56,422 nt of DNA from Acidobacteriota bacterium (GTDB lineage Bacteria > Acidobacteriota > UBA6911), in assembly GCA_013388445.1 (NCBI GenBank), contig JACADW010000080.1, positions 1 to 56,422 on the forward strand, written 5' to 3'. Position 1 is the first letter of the stretch. Each line of letters opens with the position of its first letter. The notes under the pieces were generated by a model. The model saw only the letters and a program-made list of their open reading frames with translations. It made no database searches and had not been told where the DNA came from. This document shows positions 27,493 to 37,113 of this stretch, in pieces. Both the position numbers and the translations under genes were made by a program.

Positions 27493-28383
27493 ATGCATAC
27501 TCATGATCCTGATCTTGTTCGTGACATAGCCGCCCGAGCGCAGGAAATGAGAATCGACGCACTCAAGATGGTGTTCCAAGCCCGGAGTGGCCATTTAGGT
27601 GGCGCCTTTTCGGCTGCCGAAATCACGGCTGCCCTGATGTTCCATCATCTAAGGCTCAATCCGGACCAGCCGGAATGGGAAGATCGGGATCGCCTTCTGT
27701 TTTCCAAGGGACATGCCTGCGCCATTTTGTACAGCGCCATGGCACGCCGCGGGTTCTTTCCGCGGGAGGAGCTGGGAACCTTTCGCTGCCTGGATAGCCG
27801 ACTGCAAGGGCATCCGGACCGCTTGAAGCTCAAGGGCATTGAGATCCCCGCAGGGCCACTTGGCCACGGGGTGGCGGTGGGTGCCGGTATTGCCTTGGCT
27901 TTGCGGATGGATTCATCGAAGCCGTCTGCCTGGAGTGCTCCTTCCGCAAGGGCCTCTCGCGCCAAGGTTTACGTGTTGCTGGGAGATGGGGAAATCAATG
28001 CCGGAATTGTTTGGGAAGGTGCCATGCTCGCATCCAAGTACCGCCTGGGCAATCTGACGGCCATTGTGGACTGTAACGGGATTCAGCAGACTGGCGCGAC
28101 CGCGGACGTCATGCCCACGGAGCCCATCATGGACAAGTGGAAGGCCTTTGGATGGCACCCTCAGGAGGTCAACGGCCATGATGTGCGGCAGATTCTTGAA
28201 GCCTTGGATCTAGCCGACGAGGTTCATGCCCGTCCATCCGTTATCATGGCCCGGACCACCAAGGGCAAAGGAGTCAGCTTCATGGAATACGACCACCGCT
28301 GGCACGGTGGGGTTCCGAACCGGCAGGAGTTTGAGAGGGCTATCGAAGAGCTGCAGAAGGGACTTGAATCATGTCGGAACTAG
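27493..28383 (+). CDS. transketolase N-terminal (TPP-binding) subunit
   Basis: ORF track starts at 27433. ATG 27493 (MHTHDPD...) lies 7 nt after GGAGGT. Motifs: SGHLGGAFSAAEI, DRLLFSKGHA, GPLGHGVAVGAG, LLGDGEINAGIVWE, DCNGIQ. Confidence 0.9.
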   Translation: MHTHDPDLVRDIAARAQEMRIDALKMVFQARSGHLGGAFSAAEITAALMFHHLRLNPDQPEWEDRDRLLFSKGHACAILYSAMARRGFFPREELGTFRCLDSRLQGHPDRLKLKGIEIPAGPLGHGVAVGAGIALALRMDSSKPSAWSAPSARASRAKVYVLLGDGEINAGIVWEGAMLASKYRLGNLTAIVDCNGIQQTGATADVMPTEPIMDKWKAFGWHPQEVNGHDVRQILEALDLADEVHARPSVIMARTTKGKGVSFMEYDHRWHGGVPNRQEFERAIEELQKGLESCRN

Positions 28384-29345
28384 TCTCCATGCGTATTGCC
28401 TATGGGCAAGCGCTTGTGGAAGTGGGTCGGAAGTATCCCGACGTCGTGGTGCTGAGTGCTGATGTCGCAAACTCGGACCACAGCTACCTGTTTCAAGAGA
28501 GCTTTCCCGATCGGTTCATCAACGTCGGAATAGCGGAACAGTGTCTTGTGGATGCAGCCGCCGGCTTGGCATATGCCGGGAAGATTCCCATCGCCAACAC
28601 TTTCGCTTTTCTCTTCGCCACACGGGCCCTCGAGATGATTCGTACCCACCTCTGTTACGGTTCGGCCAACGTGAAGCTCATGGGGGCTTATGCCGGACTC
28701 TCGGACTCCTTCGACGGGCCTACGCATCATTCCATCAACGATGTCGCAGTCCTCCGCAGCCTCCCGAACATGACGGTACTGGTTCCCAGCGATGCAGTCT
28801 GCTTGACAAAGCTCATGCCCCAGGCGGTTGAATGGCCCGGGCCTGTGTATATGCGGCTGAACCGGAATGAAGTCCCCGTCCTGTTTGATGAGCGCTACGA
28901 GCCCAGGATCGGCAAGGCTGTGCGGTTGCGGACTGGAAAGGACGTGACCTTGGTGAGTAACGGGCTTATGGTAAGCCGTTGTCTGGAGGCTGCCGATCGC
29001 CTACGACAGGCTGGTATTCAGGCTGAGGTCCTGGAGATGCACACGGTCAAACCCCTCGACAGTGAGACTCTGCTCGAATCCGCGAAAGAAACCCATGCTC
29101 TTGTGACCGTGGAAGAGCACAGCGAGATTGGCGGGCTAGGTGGGGCGGTGGCTGAGGCGGTCAGTGGCATCTGTCCGGTTCCGATCCTCAGAGTTGGAGT
29201 ACCGGACTGCTTTGCAGAAAGCGGGCCATATTCGGAAGTCCTGGATCGATTCGGCCTGTCCATAGAGCGCATTGTCGGCATGGCGCAACAGGCGATTCAA
29301 CGAAAGTCATCCGGGCGATTTCTCCATGATCGAGGCGCTCCATGA
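28371..29345 (+). CDS. transketolase C-terminal (pyrimidine-binding) subunit
   Basis: 324 aa. Motifs FINVGIAEQCLV, DGPTHHSINDVA, TVKPLD and VTVEEHSEIGGLGGAV. Has the MSEL... N-terminus like the copy at 89. Overlaps the N-subunit gene by 13 nt. Confidence 0.9.
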   Translation: MSELVSMRIAYGQALVEVGRKYPDVVVLSADVANSDHSYLFQESFPDRFINVGIAEQCLVDAAAGLAYAGKIPIANTFAFLFATRALEMIRTHLCYGSANVKLMGAYAGLSDSFDGPTHHSINDVAVLRSLPNMTVLVPSDAVCLTKLMPQAVEWPGPVYMRLNRNEVPVLFDERYEPRIGKAVRLRTGKDVTLVSNGLMVSRCLEAADRLRQAGIQAEVLEMHTVKPLDSETLLESAKETHALVTVEEHSEIGGLGGAVAEAVSGICPVPILRVGVPDCFAESGPYSEVLDRFGLSIERIVGMAQQAIQRKSSGRFLHDRGAP

Positions 29346-30613
29346 TGAAAGCGATGGGTAGACTGGCTCTTGAAGGCGGCCCTAAGACGATCGACAGCCC
29401 TTTGCCCACAATCCGGAATGCATCCGGCCGCACTATTGGGGACGAGGAACTGAAACGGGTTCAGCGAGTCCTCGAGAGCGGGAATCTGGCGTATATCTAT
29501 GGGCAGACCGTCAGCGAGTTTGAGTCCAGTTTTGCCCGGCTCACGGGTGTGGACCATGCCGTTGCGGTCAGTAGCGGAACAGCCGCGCTACACACCGCCT
29601 TGGTCTATCTCAATCCCGATCCGGGCGACGAAATCATTGTCTCCCCGATCACGGACATGGGCTCGGTCATCCCCATCCTGTATCAACAGGCTGTTCCCGT
29701 GTTTGTGGATGTCGATGATTTCAACCAGAACTTGGATCCGAATCTCCTGGAATCGGCGATTTCTGAAAGAACCCGCGCCATCATGGTCACTCATATTTTC
29801 GGCAGTCCTGCCGACATGGATCCCATCATGGAGATCGCCCGTCGACACAACCTGGTGGTCATTGAGGACTGTGCGCAAGCCCATCTCACCGAATATCGTG
29901 GCAAGATCGTGGGAACCATTGGCGATCTCGGATGCTTCAGCTTTCAGCAAAGCAAGCACATCACGACTGGAGACGGAGGTATGGTCATAGCCCGGGAGGA
30001 TAACCGCTTTGAGCGCCCCTTACGACTGTGCTTCGATAAGGGCTGGCCTAGGGAAAAGCCCGGCCGCGACCACCGTTTCCTGGCCCCGAACTATCATATG
30101 ACGGAATTGCAGGCGGCTGTCGGGCTGGCACAGATGGGCAAGTATTCCAGTGTCATTTCCGCGCGGCGCGATGCGGCAGAGGAATTGGACCGCAGGCTTT
30201 CCGGCGAGACTGGAATCACTCCTGTGGGAACTCTCCCGGGCTGTAAGCAGACCTACTTCTATTATTGTTTCCGCCTTGACCTCAGTCGTTTCCGGGTGGA
30301 CGGGTGCCGATTCGTGTCGGCCTTACGGGCGGAGGGCCTTGAGTGTGAGCTTGGCTATCCTGGCCCGATTCCGCTGTACCTCTATCCGATGATCAGGGAC
30401 AAGAAGACTTTCGGAAGCTCGGGCTGGCCCTTCACCTCGCCCGCGGCGAGACAGCAGTGGGAGTACCCTGCGGGTCTCTGCCCGGTTGCTGAACAAGCTT
30501 GTCGCGAGACCGTGGTTCTTCCTTGGAACGAGAGGTTGGAGAGGCACCATATCGCGCTAGTCGCGGAGGCGATTCTCAAGGTCTGCAAGGCCTACCGGGA
30601 AGGATGCGCTTGA
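29342..30613 (+). CDS. DegT/DnrJ/EryC1/StrS-family PLP-dependent sugar aminotransferase/dehydratase
   Basis: 423 aa. Motifs: AVAVSSGTAALHTAL, PITDMGSV, VIEDCAQAH, catalytic-Lys context FSFQQSKHITTGDGGM. ATGA overlap with the transketolase C subunit. Confidence 0.9.
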   Translation: MMKAMGRLALEGGPKTIDSPLPTIRNASGRTIGDEELKRVQRVLESGNLAYIYGQTVSEFESSFARLTGVDHAVAVSSGTAALHTALVYLNPDPGDEIIVSPITDMGSVIPILYQQAVPVFVDVDDFNQNLDPNLLESAISERTRAIMVTHIFGSPADMDPIMEIARRHNLVVIEDCAQAHLTEYRGKIVGTIGDLGCFSFQQSKHITTGDGGMVIAREDNRFERPLRLCFDKGWPREKPGRDHRFLAPNYHMTELQAAVGLAQMGKYSSVISARRDAAEELDRRLSGETGITPVGTLPGCKQTYFYYCFRLDLSRFRVDGCRFVSALRAEGLECELGYPGPIPLYLYPMIRDKKTFGSSGWPFTSPAARQQWEYPAGLCPVAEQACRETVVLPWNERLERHHIALVAEAILKVCKAYREGCA

Positions 30614-31482
30614 CGCAGCCCCGCTATTTCCTTGAGAGGAATGGCTACCTCCGAAAGATCCCCTTGTAGTCCCTTCGCTGCTGCGATCCGATAGAGATTC
30701 AGTCCTGCATCGAGCAGCAGCGATGGCATCTGCTGTTCCTCGAACAGGCTCTTGACGTAGGCGAGGTCCTTCATGGCCAACCGGAGGCCGAAGGCCATTT
30801 CGTAGCGGTCGCATACGATCTTAGGAGCCACATGCTGGAAGAGGGGGCAGTTGGGTCCGCTGGCCGAGACCACTTCGATGAACGCGGCCGGATCCACCCC
30901 AGTTTTCTGCACAACGGTGAGAATCTCGGCATACAGTGCGACGTAGAGGATGCCGAGGTAGTTGGTCGCGAGCTTGATCGTGGTGGCTGCCCCAGGCTCC
31001 CCCACAAATATCGTACGTTCCGATACAGCCTCCAAAACCTTTAGCCAGCGTGTGTATACGCGCCGATCTCCTGAGACGATGATTCGTAAGGTGCCGGCTT
31101 CCGCATGGGTGGGATTGCCCGTAACCGGAGTTTCCAAAAAATCGCCTCCGGCTGTCTTCACCCGGTCATGGAGACGACGCGAAGAATCCGGCATGCTTGT
31201 GCTGAAGTCGAGGATGGTCTTTCCCTTGACCCCGAGTTCGAGGCCCCTTCCCACGACTGTTTCCACCTCCGGGGAACCGGGAAGCGAGAGAAGAATTCCC
31301 TCGGAAGATTCCAGAAGATCGTCTAGGTGGCTCGCGGTTACTGCTCTTTCAAACCGCGATCGGGCAGTCGGGTCCAAGTCCCAAACTCGAAGCCGAAAGC
31401 CTTTTGTCAGAAGATTTCGGGCGATTCCGCTCCCCATCCTGCCGAGGCCGACAATGCCGATTGGGCCTTGAGAAAGATCCAT
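30592..31482 (-). CDS. NAD(P)-dependent oxidoreductase, 3-hydroxyisobutyrate/6-phosphogluconate dehydrogenase-like
   Basis: ORF track runs to 31518. ATG 31482 (MDLSQGPIGIVGLGRMGSGIARNL) is preceded by GGGAG and lies 10 nt after the upstream stop. An NAD_binding_2-type Rossmann fold is followed by a helical C-terminal domain. Confidence 0.85.
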   Translation of the reverse strand: MDLSQGPIGIVGLGRMGSGIARNLLTKGFRLRVWDLDPTARSRFERAVTASHLDDLLESSEGILLSLPGSPEVETVVGRGLELGVKGKTILDFSTSMPDSSRRLHDRVKTAGGDFLETPVTGNPTHAEAGTLRIIVSGDRRVYTRWLKVLEAVSERTIFVGEPGAATTIKLATNYLGILYVALYAEILTVVQKTGVDPAAFIEVVSASGPNCPLFQHVAPKIVCDRYEMAFGLRLAMKDLAYVKSLFEEQQMPSLLLDAGLNLYRIAAAKGLQGDLSEVAIPLKEIAGLRQAHPSR

Positions 31483-31492
31483 GTTCCACTCC

Positions 31493-32980
31493 CTAACGGA
31501 GGCTCCACACCATGTCACAGTCCAGAGGGAATATCGGGCGGGGAACTCGCAAGTAGGGAAGCCGCCGGATGTTGGGGTCCGTGAATCCTGGCGTGTTGAG
31601 AGAAAGGCTCGAACGTACGATGTTCTGATAGCCGGGCTTGAAGAGCTTGTGAGACTTTTGGATGATCAATTCATATCCCTCGGGTTCCAATCCCAGGGAT
31701 CTGAGAAAAGCCGGGTCATGGATCGGCGAGGTAAATTCGGAAACGACAAGTGTCGGACCATGGTGAGAACATAGGACTGCTCTCCGCCCCGGATTCCCCT
31801 CAAGCCCCGCGAAGGCTCCGGTGCGGATCGGAACAATTGAGTTGGAAAGTGCACAGACTTTGGCTTCGACAGGATCTCGGGCGCTGAATGATCCGGAATC
31901 GCCGCCGGGATGAAAGATGGATGTTTGGCCCTTACCTACATGGAAAGCCAGCTCCACGGTCTGAGGGTCGATAATGGGCAAGATGCAAGAAGCCTCCGGT
32001 CGTCGGTCCAGCAGAGCTCTCAGGATCACCGTGCTGTCTCCCGTGCCCCCGGCCGTTATGACGTCTCCGGAATCGACCAGGGCGATCGGTTTCAGCCTCG
32101 ATGGAAGCGAATCCAGCACACTCCCGATATCTGGGAGCTCTTGAAAGAAAGCCAGGCGGTTTTCCCATAGAAAACATTGCAGATGCTGGATCACTTGCTC
32201 TGCCTTCGTGTCTTTGGGATTCTCTAGGTAAACGATCACCGACACTCCATGCTGCGAAAGATCCAGCCAGGGATGGGGGCAAAGCAAGGACCAGCTGTAT
32301 ACTTTCGGCAGACGATCCAACCGGCCTAGGATTTGCAGCGCATCGGCCATGGGACCGGAAGAGGTCTCGGTGTTGTCGACGGGCAGGATCAGCGGCAGTC
32401 TCCTGTAAATATAAGGTATAGGCTTCCCGCGACTCAGCCGTTCAAAAAGCAATCGAACGGCTCGCTGGCCCGTTTCAGCTAGATCCACATGCGGATAAGT
32501 CCGGTAGGCCACGAATCCGTCTGCGGCCGCGAGCATTCGACGCGTCAGAACGCCGTGGTAATCCAACGTACAAACGATCGGGACGCCTTTTCCCAGCACG
32601 GAACCAAGCTGCTCGAGCAGAAATCCCTCGCAATCCTCCTCGTCCTCAGCGACCAGGGCACCGTGGAATGAAACAAATGCCGCATCAAGGGGCAGGGCGT
32701 TTCTCGCAGACCCTATAAGAGCGGCAGCAAAGACCTCGAGCGTCGCACGAGTGAGAGGCCCCGAGGCCATTGCCCAGGCCGCCATGCCCGGAACGATGTC
32801 CACCCCACCGTGAAGGTGCAGGAGAGATAGGGCTCCGCCGATTTCGGTGTTGGTCCTCGCCAACCTCTCCAGAATTTCATTCCCCTGCAGCCAGAGTCCC
32901 CTCTTGAAGTTCCCGACGGTCGTCAGCCGAGGACAGAAGGTGTTGCTTTCCTGGCAAATCCCTGCGAGATAGATGCGCAT
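31493..32980 (-). CDS. M81-family (MlrC/microcystinase C-like) metallopeptidase
   Basis: 495 aa. MRIYLAGICQESNTF..., HGALVAEDEEDCEGFLL, TLDYHGVLT and YRTYPHVD match the DUF1485 plus MlrC_C architecture. Confidence 0.8.
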   Translation of the reverse strand: MRIYLAGICQESNTFCPRLTTVGNFKRGLWLQGNEILERLARTNTEIGGALSLLHLHGGVDIVPGMAAWAMASGPLTRATLEVFAAALIGSARNALPLDAAFVSFHGALVAEDEEDCEGFLLEQLGSVLGKGVPIVCTLDYHGVLTRRMLAAADGFVAYRTYPHVDLAETGQRAVRLLFERLSRGKPIPYIYRRLPLILPVDNTETSSGPMADALQILGRLDRLPKVYSWSLLCPHPWLDLSQHGVSVIVYLENPKDTKAEQVIQHLQCFLWENRLAFFQELPDIGSVLDSLPSRLKPIALVDSGDVITAGGTGDSTVILRALLDRRPEASCILPIIDPQTVELAFHVGKGQTSIFHPGGDSGSFSARDPVEAKVCALSNSIVPIRTGAFAGLEGNPGRRAVLCSHHGPTLVVSEFTSPIHDPAFLRSLGLEPEGYELIIQKSHKLFKPGYQNIVRSSLSLNTPGFTDPNIRRLPYLRVPRPIFPLDCDMVWSLR

Positions 32981-32989
32981 GAAACCGAA

Positions 32990-34054
32990 TCAACCTGGCT
33001 GATAAACACTGCGGTAGCGTCTAACCGCGTTGGCCATCGCGATGATGTTTGCCGCTTTGCAGTAATATGGGACGCTGTTGGAATCGGACAGTATGTAACC
33101 TCCTCCCGGAGCCAATTGCCGGATGCGATCATGAACTACCTCCTCCACCTCGTCCTCCCGTGCTTGGCTTAGCGTGTAGTCGACATCAATGTTTCCCACG
33201 AGGCACAATCGCCTTCCGTACTCCATCTTGAGTTTGCCCAAGTCCATCGCACCCGGCTCCAAGGGATGCAACCCGCTCATGCCGAGTGTGAGCAGCGAAT
33301 CCAGCAATGGAACTACATTCCCGTCGCTGTGGAAGATCCACGGGACCTGTATGTGCCTGGCCGTATTGCAGAGTCTGTCGCGGAAGAGCCGGTCAAAAAC
33401 GGACGGCGAGAAGAGCGGAGCAGACCTGTACGCCAGATCGTCATAACACCAGAAGAAATCAAAACTTACCTGGCACAGGTTTTGGATCAGACGGGTGATC
33501 CAATCCGAGTAGAGTCGAAACAGCTCCTGAATCAGACCGGGGTCGTCGGATAGCCTGTAGCAGAAGTTCTCGTACCCCAGGCTCAGGATGGTCGGAGCCA
33601 GACCCAGGCGGATGGCGGCAAACACCGCGAACTCGCCCTTCACCTCGCCCAGAAAACGCTCGGCTTCCCGATACGGGGCTTCTGCGTCGACATCCGGAAA
33701 ACGAAGGGATTCAAGATCTGCCGAGGATCGAACCAGCCCTTGGATCACGGAATATCCGCCCCTGCCAAGCGTGGCTTCGCAGAACAGCGGTATCGGAAAC
33801 TGCAGACCCACCGCATCGAGTTCCAGGAATCGAGCAAACTCTGGATTCACGAGGCAGTTGGCGGGAATCTTGGGGGCAGGATCTCCAGGACGGTAGATCA
33901 GGCCGGGAATGAAACGCAGATCGAGGCGATGGCGAATCAACTTGCGACCGATCACCGCCTCCTGCAATTCTGCGTCCACCATTGCCAGAACGAAGGGCAC
34001 ACGATCCGGAACCCTGCAGGCAAGCGCCGCGGCCACTCTCTCCTTGCTGTTCAT
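32990..34054 (-). CDS. uroporphyrinogen decarboxylase (URO-D / MtaA-like) family protein
   Basis: 354 aa. MNSKERVAAALACRVPDRVPF..., WCYDDLAY, FHSDGN, GLHPLEP, GGGYILSDSNS. Paralog of 16482..17579. Its start overlaps the stop of the symporter gene (34051..34054). Confidence 0.8.
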   Translation of the reverse strand: MNSKERVAAALACRVPDRVPFVLAMVDAELQEAVIGRKLIRHRLDLRFIPGLIYRPGDPAPKIPANCLVNPEFARFLELDAVGLQFPIPLFCEATLGRGGYSVIQGLVRSSADLESLRFPDVDAEAPYREAERFLGEVKGEFAVFAAIRLGLAPTILSLGYENFCYRLSDDPGLIQELFRLYSDWITRLIQNLCQVSFDFFWCYDDLAYRSAPLFSPSVFDRLFRDRLCNTARHIQVPWIFHSDGNVVPLLDSLLTLGMSGLHPLEPGAMDLGKLKMEYGRRLCLVGNIDVDYTLSQAREDEVEEVVHDRIRQLAPGGGYILSDSNSVPYYCKAANIIAMANAVRRYRSVYQPG

Positions 34055-35682
34055 GGCGCGGAGGTTCCTTCTGCGGCGGATCTCTTCTCTGGGGCTGGCA
34101 GGCTGAACCGAGTCAAGCCCTCAAGCTGCTGGAAGCGAGGGGACGGGAAGAATAAGCTTGTGGCATAACCGAAGAGCATGGTTGCGCCGAATCCCAGAAT
34201 CACATAGAAGAAGTTGGATATACTGTTCAGATAGCGAATATTCTCCAGGACGTTTGGCGCAAAGGACATGCCCCGGGCTATCAGAATATCGACGAGGCGG
34301 CCCGAAAGAGGAAATGCCACGGTCGTGAGGAAACCTGCAATGGCCCCAATGAGGACGCCCTGCGGTACCGCGCGACGCGTCAGCATCCCCAGGAGGAAGA
34401 TCCCGAGCAGAACGCCCACGAACGGATACATCACAATGTTCAGAATCTGGATAATGTTGTTGTTCTCCCCCAGGGTCCTGATCCATAGCGCAATGCCAAT
34501 AACCGTGGATCCCCAGAAAAAAATGAGAGCGCGGCCCAATAGGACTGTGGCCGAATCCTTCATGGGGCGGCCCCAGCGGCGTATGAAGTCGACCTGCGCT
34601 GCCGCCGACAGAGCGGCCATGCCCCCCTCCAGGCTGGTGAGCAGGGCAGACATGATCGCAGCAACCATAAGACCTCGAATACCGGAGGGGAGCACATGGA
34701 CGACAAACACCGGTAACGCGTCATCCGGGACACGCATCAGTGCCGCTAGATCGGGCCGGGATTGATAAAAAACGAACGTGAGAATCCCGAGGGCTGGAAA
34801 GATAATGCTTATAGGTTTTAGGAGAAATCCACTGCGCCAGAGTGAGGCCTTGATTTCCCTTTCGCTCTTCGCAGAAAGGTAGGTTTGTATGACTAATTGA
34901 TCTGCCCCGGTATTGGAAAGATAGGCGATAAAACCAAACAGGAAGACGCTGAGAATACTGATGTCATCTGTCAGGCTGAACCATGACGGTGCATCGAACT
35001 TGCCGGCGGCGGCCGCGGTTGCGAGGACTTCGCCGATCCCTCCCGATCGGCTGACGCTGAGATACACCATCGTCGACACGCCCGTCATGACGACAAAGAA
35101 CTGGGCGACATCCGTCCAGATGACCGCATGCATTCCTCCCGAAAGGGCGAAGAAAATCCCTAAGGCCCCGATCAGCAGGATTGCATAGACGTTTCCTTCA
35201 GGGATTCCCCGATCCTCCGTCCATCCAAGCATCATGGAGATGACCAGGGAGGCAGCGTAGAGCATCGTGGACATCCACATGATCCTGGCACCAATAAAAA
35301 AAAGCGAGGCGAACGCCCTGACCGCATAGTTGAAGCGCTTCTCCAGATACTCGTAGGCCGTGCTGATTCGGAGGCGGTAGAAGAGTGAAGGATAGAGCCA
35401 AATCACCAGGGGAACAGCCGAGATGATGCCGATGTTTTGAAGCGCGATCCAGATCGTACCTCGATCCCGGTTCACCCATCCCACGAGACCGACGAAGGAG
35501 TTGGTGCTGAAGAGCGCCATGTACATGCTGATGGCAACCGGCCAACGGCTCATCGAGCGGCCTGCGAGAAAGATGTCATCCTGGCGTTTCAGTTTCTTTG
35601 AGTGATACAGGGCAATGACGCCCAAGCAGCATGCGTACAGGGCGATAATAGTCCAGTCAAAAGTATCGATGGTCTTACCCAA
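34051..35682 (-). CDS. sodium:solute symporter (SSS/SLC5) family transporter
   Basis: 543 aa and polytopic. Motifs: DIFLAGRSMSRWPVAISMYMALFSTNSFVG, YEYLEKRF, GGMHAVIWTDVAQ. The TTG start at 35682 has GGAG about 8 nt upstream, and there is no nearby in-frame ATG. Confidence 0.85.
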   Translation of the reverse strand: MGKTIDTFDWTIIALYACCLGVIALYHSKKLKRQDDIFLAGRSMSRWPVAISMYMALFSTNSFVGLVGWVNRDRGTIWIALQNIGIISAVPLVIWLYPSLFYRLRISTAYEYLEKRFNYAVRAFASLFFIGARIMWMSTMLYAASLVISMMLGWTEDRGIPEGNVYAILLIGALGIFFALSGGMHAVIWTDVAQFFVVMTGVSTMVYLSVSRSGGIGEVLATAAAAGKFDAPSWFSLTDDISILSVFLFGFIAYLSNTGADQLVIQTYLSAKSEREIKASLWRSGFLLKPISIIFPALGILTFVFYQSRPDLAALMRVPDDALPVFVVHVLPSGIRGLMVAAIMSALLTSLEGGMAALSAAAQVDFIRRWGRPMKDSATVLLGRALIFFWGSTVIGIALWIRTLGENNNIIQILNIVMYPFVGVLLGIFLLGMLTRRAVPQGVLIGAIAGFLTTVAFPLSGRLVDILIARGMSFAPNVLENIRYLNSISNFFYVILGFGATMLFGYATSLFFPSPRFQQLEGLTRFSLPAPEKRSAAEGTSAP

Positions 35683-36048
35683 CCCAGATCTCCAGCGATG
35701 GAATGCTGCGCAATTCTATCAATTGTGAGGGATCAGTTCCAATTCGAACATCCCAAACGCAACATCGATCGGATCGGAGGCCCGGGTCAAGTATCTGCTA
35801 ACGGCGTTCTGATATGAGGAACAGACCTGCGCAGGTGTGTTGCTCTGTGCGGAGGCTTGCGCCCAAGGGATCGGTGGAGCACCGTGGGTACGTCCGAATA
35901 TGGCTGCCGGCCTGGGTCGGTCATAAGCGTGGAGGACGGAACGTTCGCCATTGCGGAACAAAGGCCCAGATTTGGCGTCGGGATGGCATCCGGAGATACT
36001 GTAAAGACGGAGCGCACCAAGAGGCAGTGCGCCTTCTTGGATACTCGG

Positions 36049-37101
36049 ATGAAGGCCCTACAGGTTTATACGAAGTCCGACGAAAGCTCACTGCTCTCTG
36101 GGACATCCAAACTCCGCTTGGGTTTCATGGGGCTGGGGTATTGGGGCGGTGTTCTGGCTGAGGCCGCTCTGTCCTCGGGATGTACTGTGATCGTGAGTTG
36201 TTACAGCCCCAGCGCGAAAAGCCGAGAGCTTTTTGCCAGACGGTTTTCCTGCCGCGCGTGCACCCGGCCTGGGGAAATCTTCGACGATCCCGAAGTGGAG
36301 GCGGTCGTGATTGCCACTCCCAACAGGTGCCACGCGGAGCAAATCGCAATGGCCGCCGAAGCGCGCAAGCATGTCTTCGTGGAGAAGCCGATCGCTCTGG
36401 AATTGGAAGGTGCGGTGCATGTAACTCGGTTATGCAAGCAGAATCAAGTGGTGCTGGCAGTCGGACATCAAAGTCGGCGTCATTCGGGTGTGCGAGCAAT
36501 GAAGGAGCTCATCCGAGGCGGCGAACTTGGCCGCCCGGTCTGGGTCGAAGCCAATATCAGCAGTGATACAGGACGATTCCAGGATGCTCATCGCTGGCGA
36601 GCTCAACCCGGCGAATGTCCGGGAGGCCCTTTGATACAACTCGGAATCCACCATATCGACACCCTGCGGTATCTCTTGGGTAGAATCGTCCGGGTTTGTT
36701 CTCTGCGAGCGAGGGTCCCGCTGGAGAATGGACTTGACAGCGGCTGGGCCGTGCTGCTTGATTTTGAGAACGGGGTTCTCGGGGCGTTGATGAGCCACTA
36801 TGGTTCGGCTCGCGCGTGCGAAGTGCGGGTGTCCGGTACCGAGGCGGTTGCCGTTTTCGATCCGTTACGGGGCCTTGAAATCCGCGCCGACACCCGAAAG
36901 GCGGCACAATCCCGCCGCATAGAGTTGACTCCAGGCGACCCGATTGCCGAGCAATTCATCGATTTCGCCCGATCAGTCAGATTGGGTGCACCCGCGGAGG
37001 TCGGTGGGGAGGAGGCGACCGCTGCCCTGGCGGTGGTTCTGGCGGCCATGCAATCCTTCCGCGAGCGGCGTCCGGTAGCGGTACGTTCGCCTGTAGAATA
37101 G
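36049..37101 (+). CDS. Gfo/Idh/MocA-family NAD(P)-dependent oxidoreductase
   Basis: ORF track starts at 35857, but the first 64 codons look non-coding. The Rossmann strand LRLGFMGLGYWGG begins about 20 aa after ATG 36049. Motifs: VEAVVIATPNRCH, VFVEKPIA. The start is uncertain (35983 is also possible). Confidence 0.8.
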   Translation: MKALQVYTKSDESSLLSGTSKLRLGFMGLGYWGGVLAEAALSSGCTVIVSCYSPSAKSRELFARRFSCRACTRPGEIFDDPEVEAVVIATPNRCHAEQIAMAAEARKHVFVEKPIALELEGAVHVTRLCKQNQVVLAVGHQSRRHSGVRAMKELIRGGELGRPVWVEANISSDTGRFQDAHRWRAQPGECPGGPLIQLGIHHIDTLRYLLGRIVRVCSLRARVPLENGLDSGWAVLLDFENGVLGALMSHYGSARACEVRVSGTEAVAVFDPLRGLEIRADTRKAAQSRRIELTPGDPIAEQFIDFARSVRLGAPAEVGGEEATAALAVVLAAMQSFRERRPVAVRSPVE

Positions 37102-37113
37102 AGGCGGGAAGCC

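Noticed and set aside
27913-27966. ~13-18-aa Ser/Ala-rich insertion (SSKPSAWSAPSARASRAK) in the transketolase N-subunit just before the VYVLLGDGE motif
   Set aside because: It lies in a surface loop whose length varies among transketolases, and low-complexity insertions are common in high-GC genomes. There is no evidence of functional significance.
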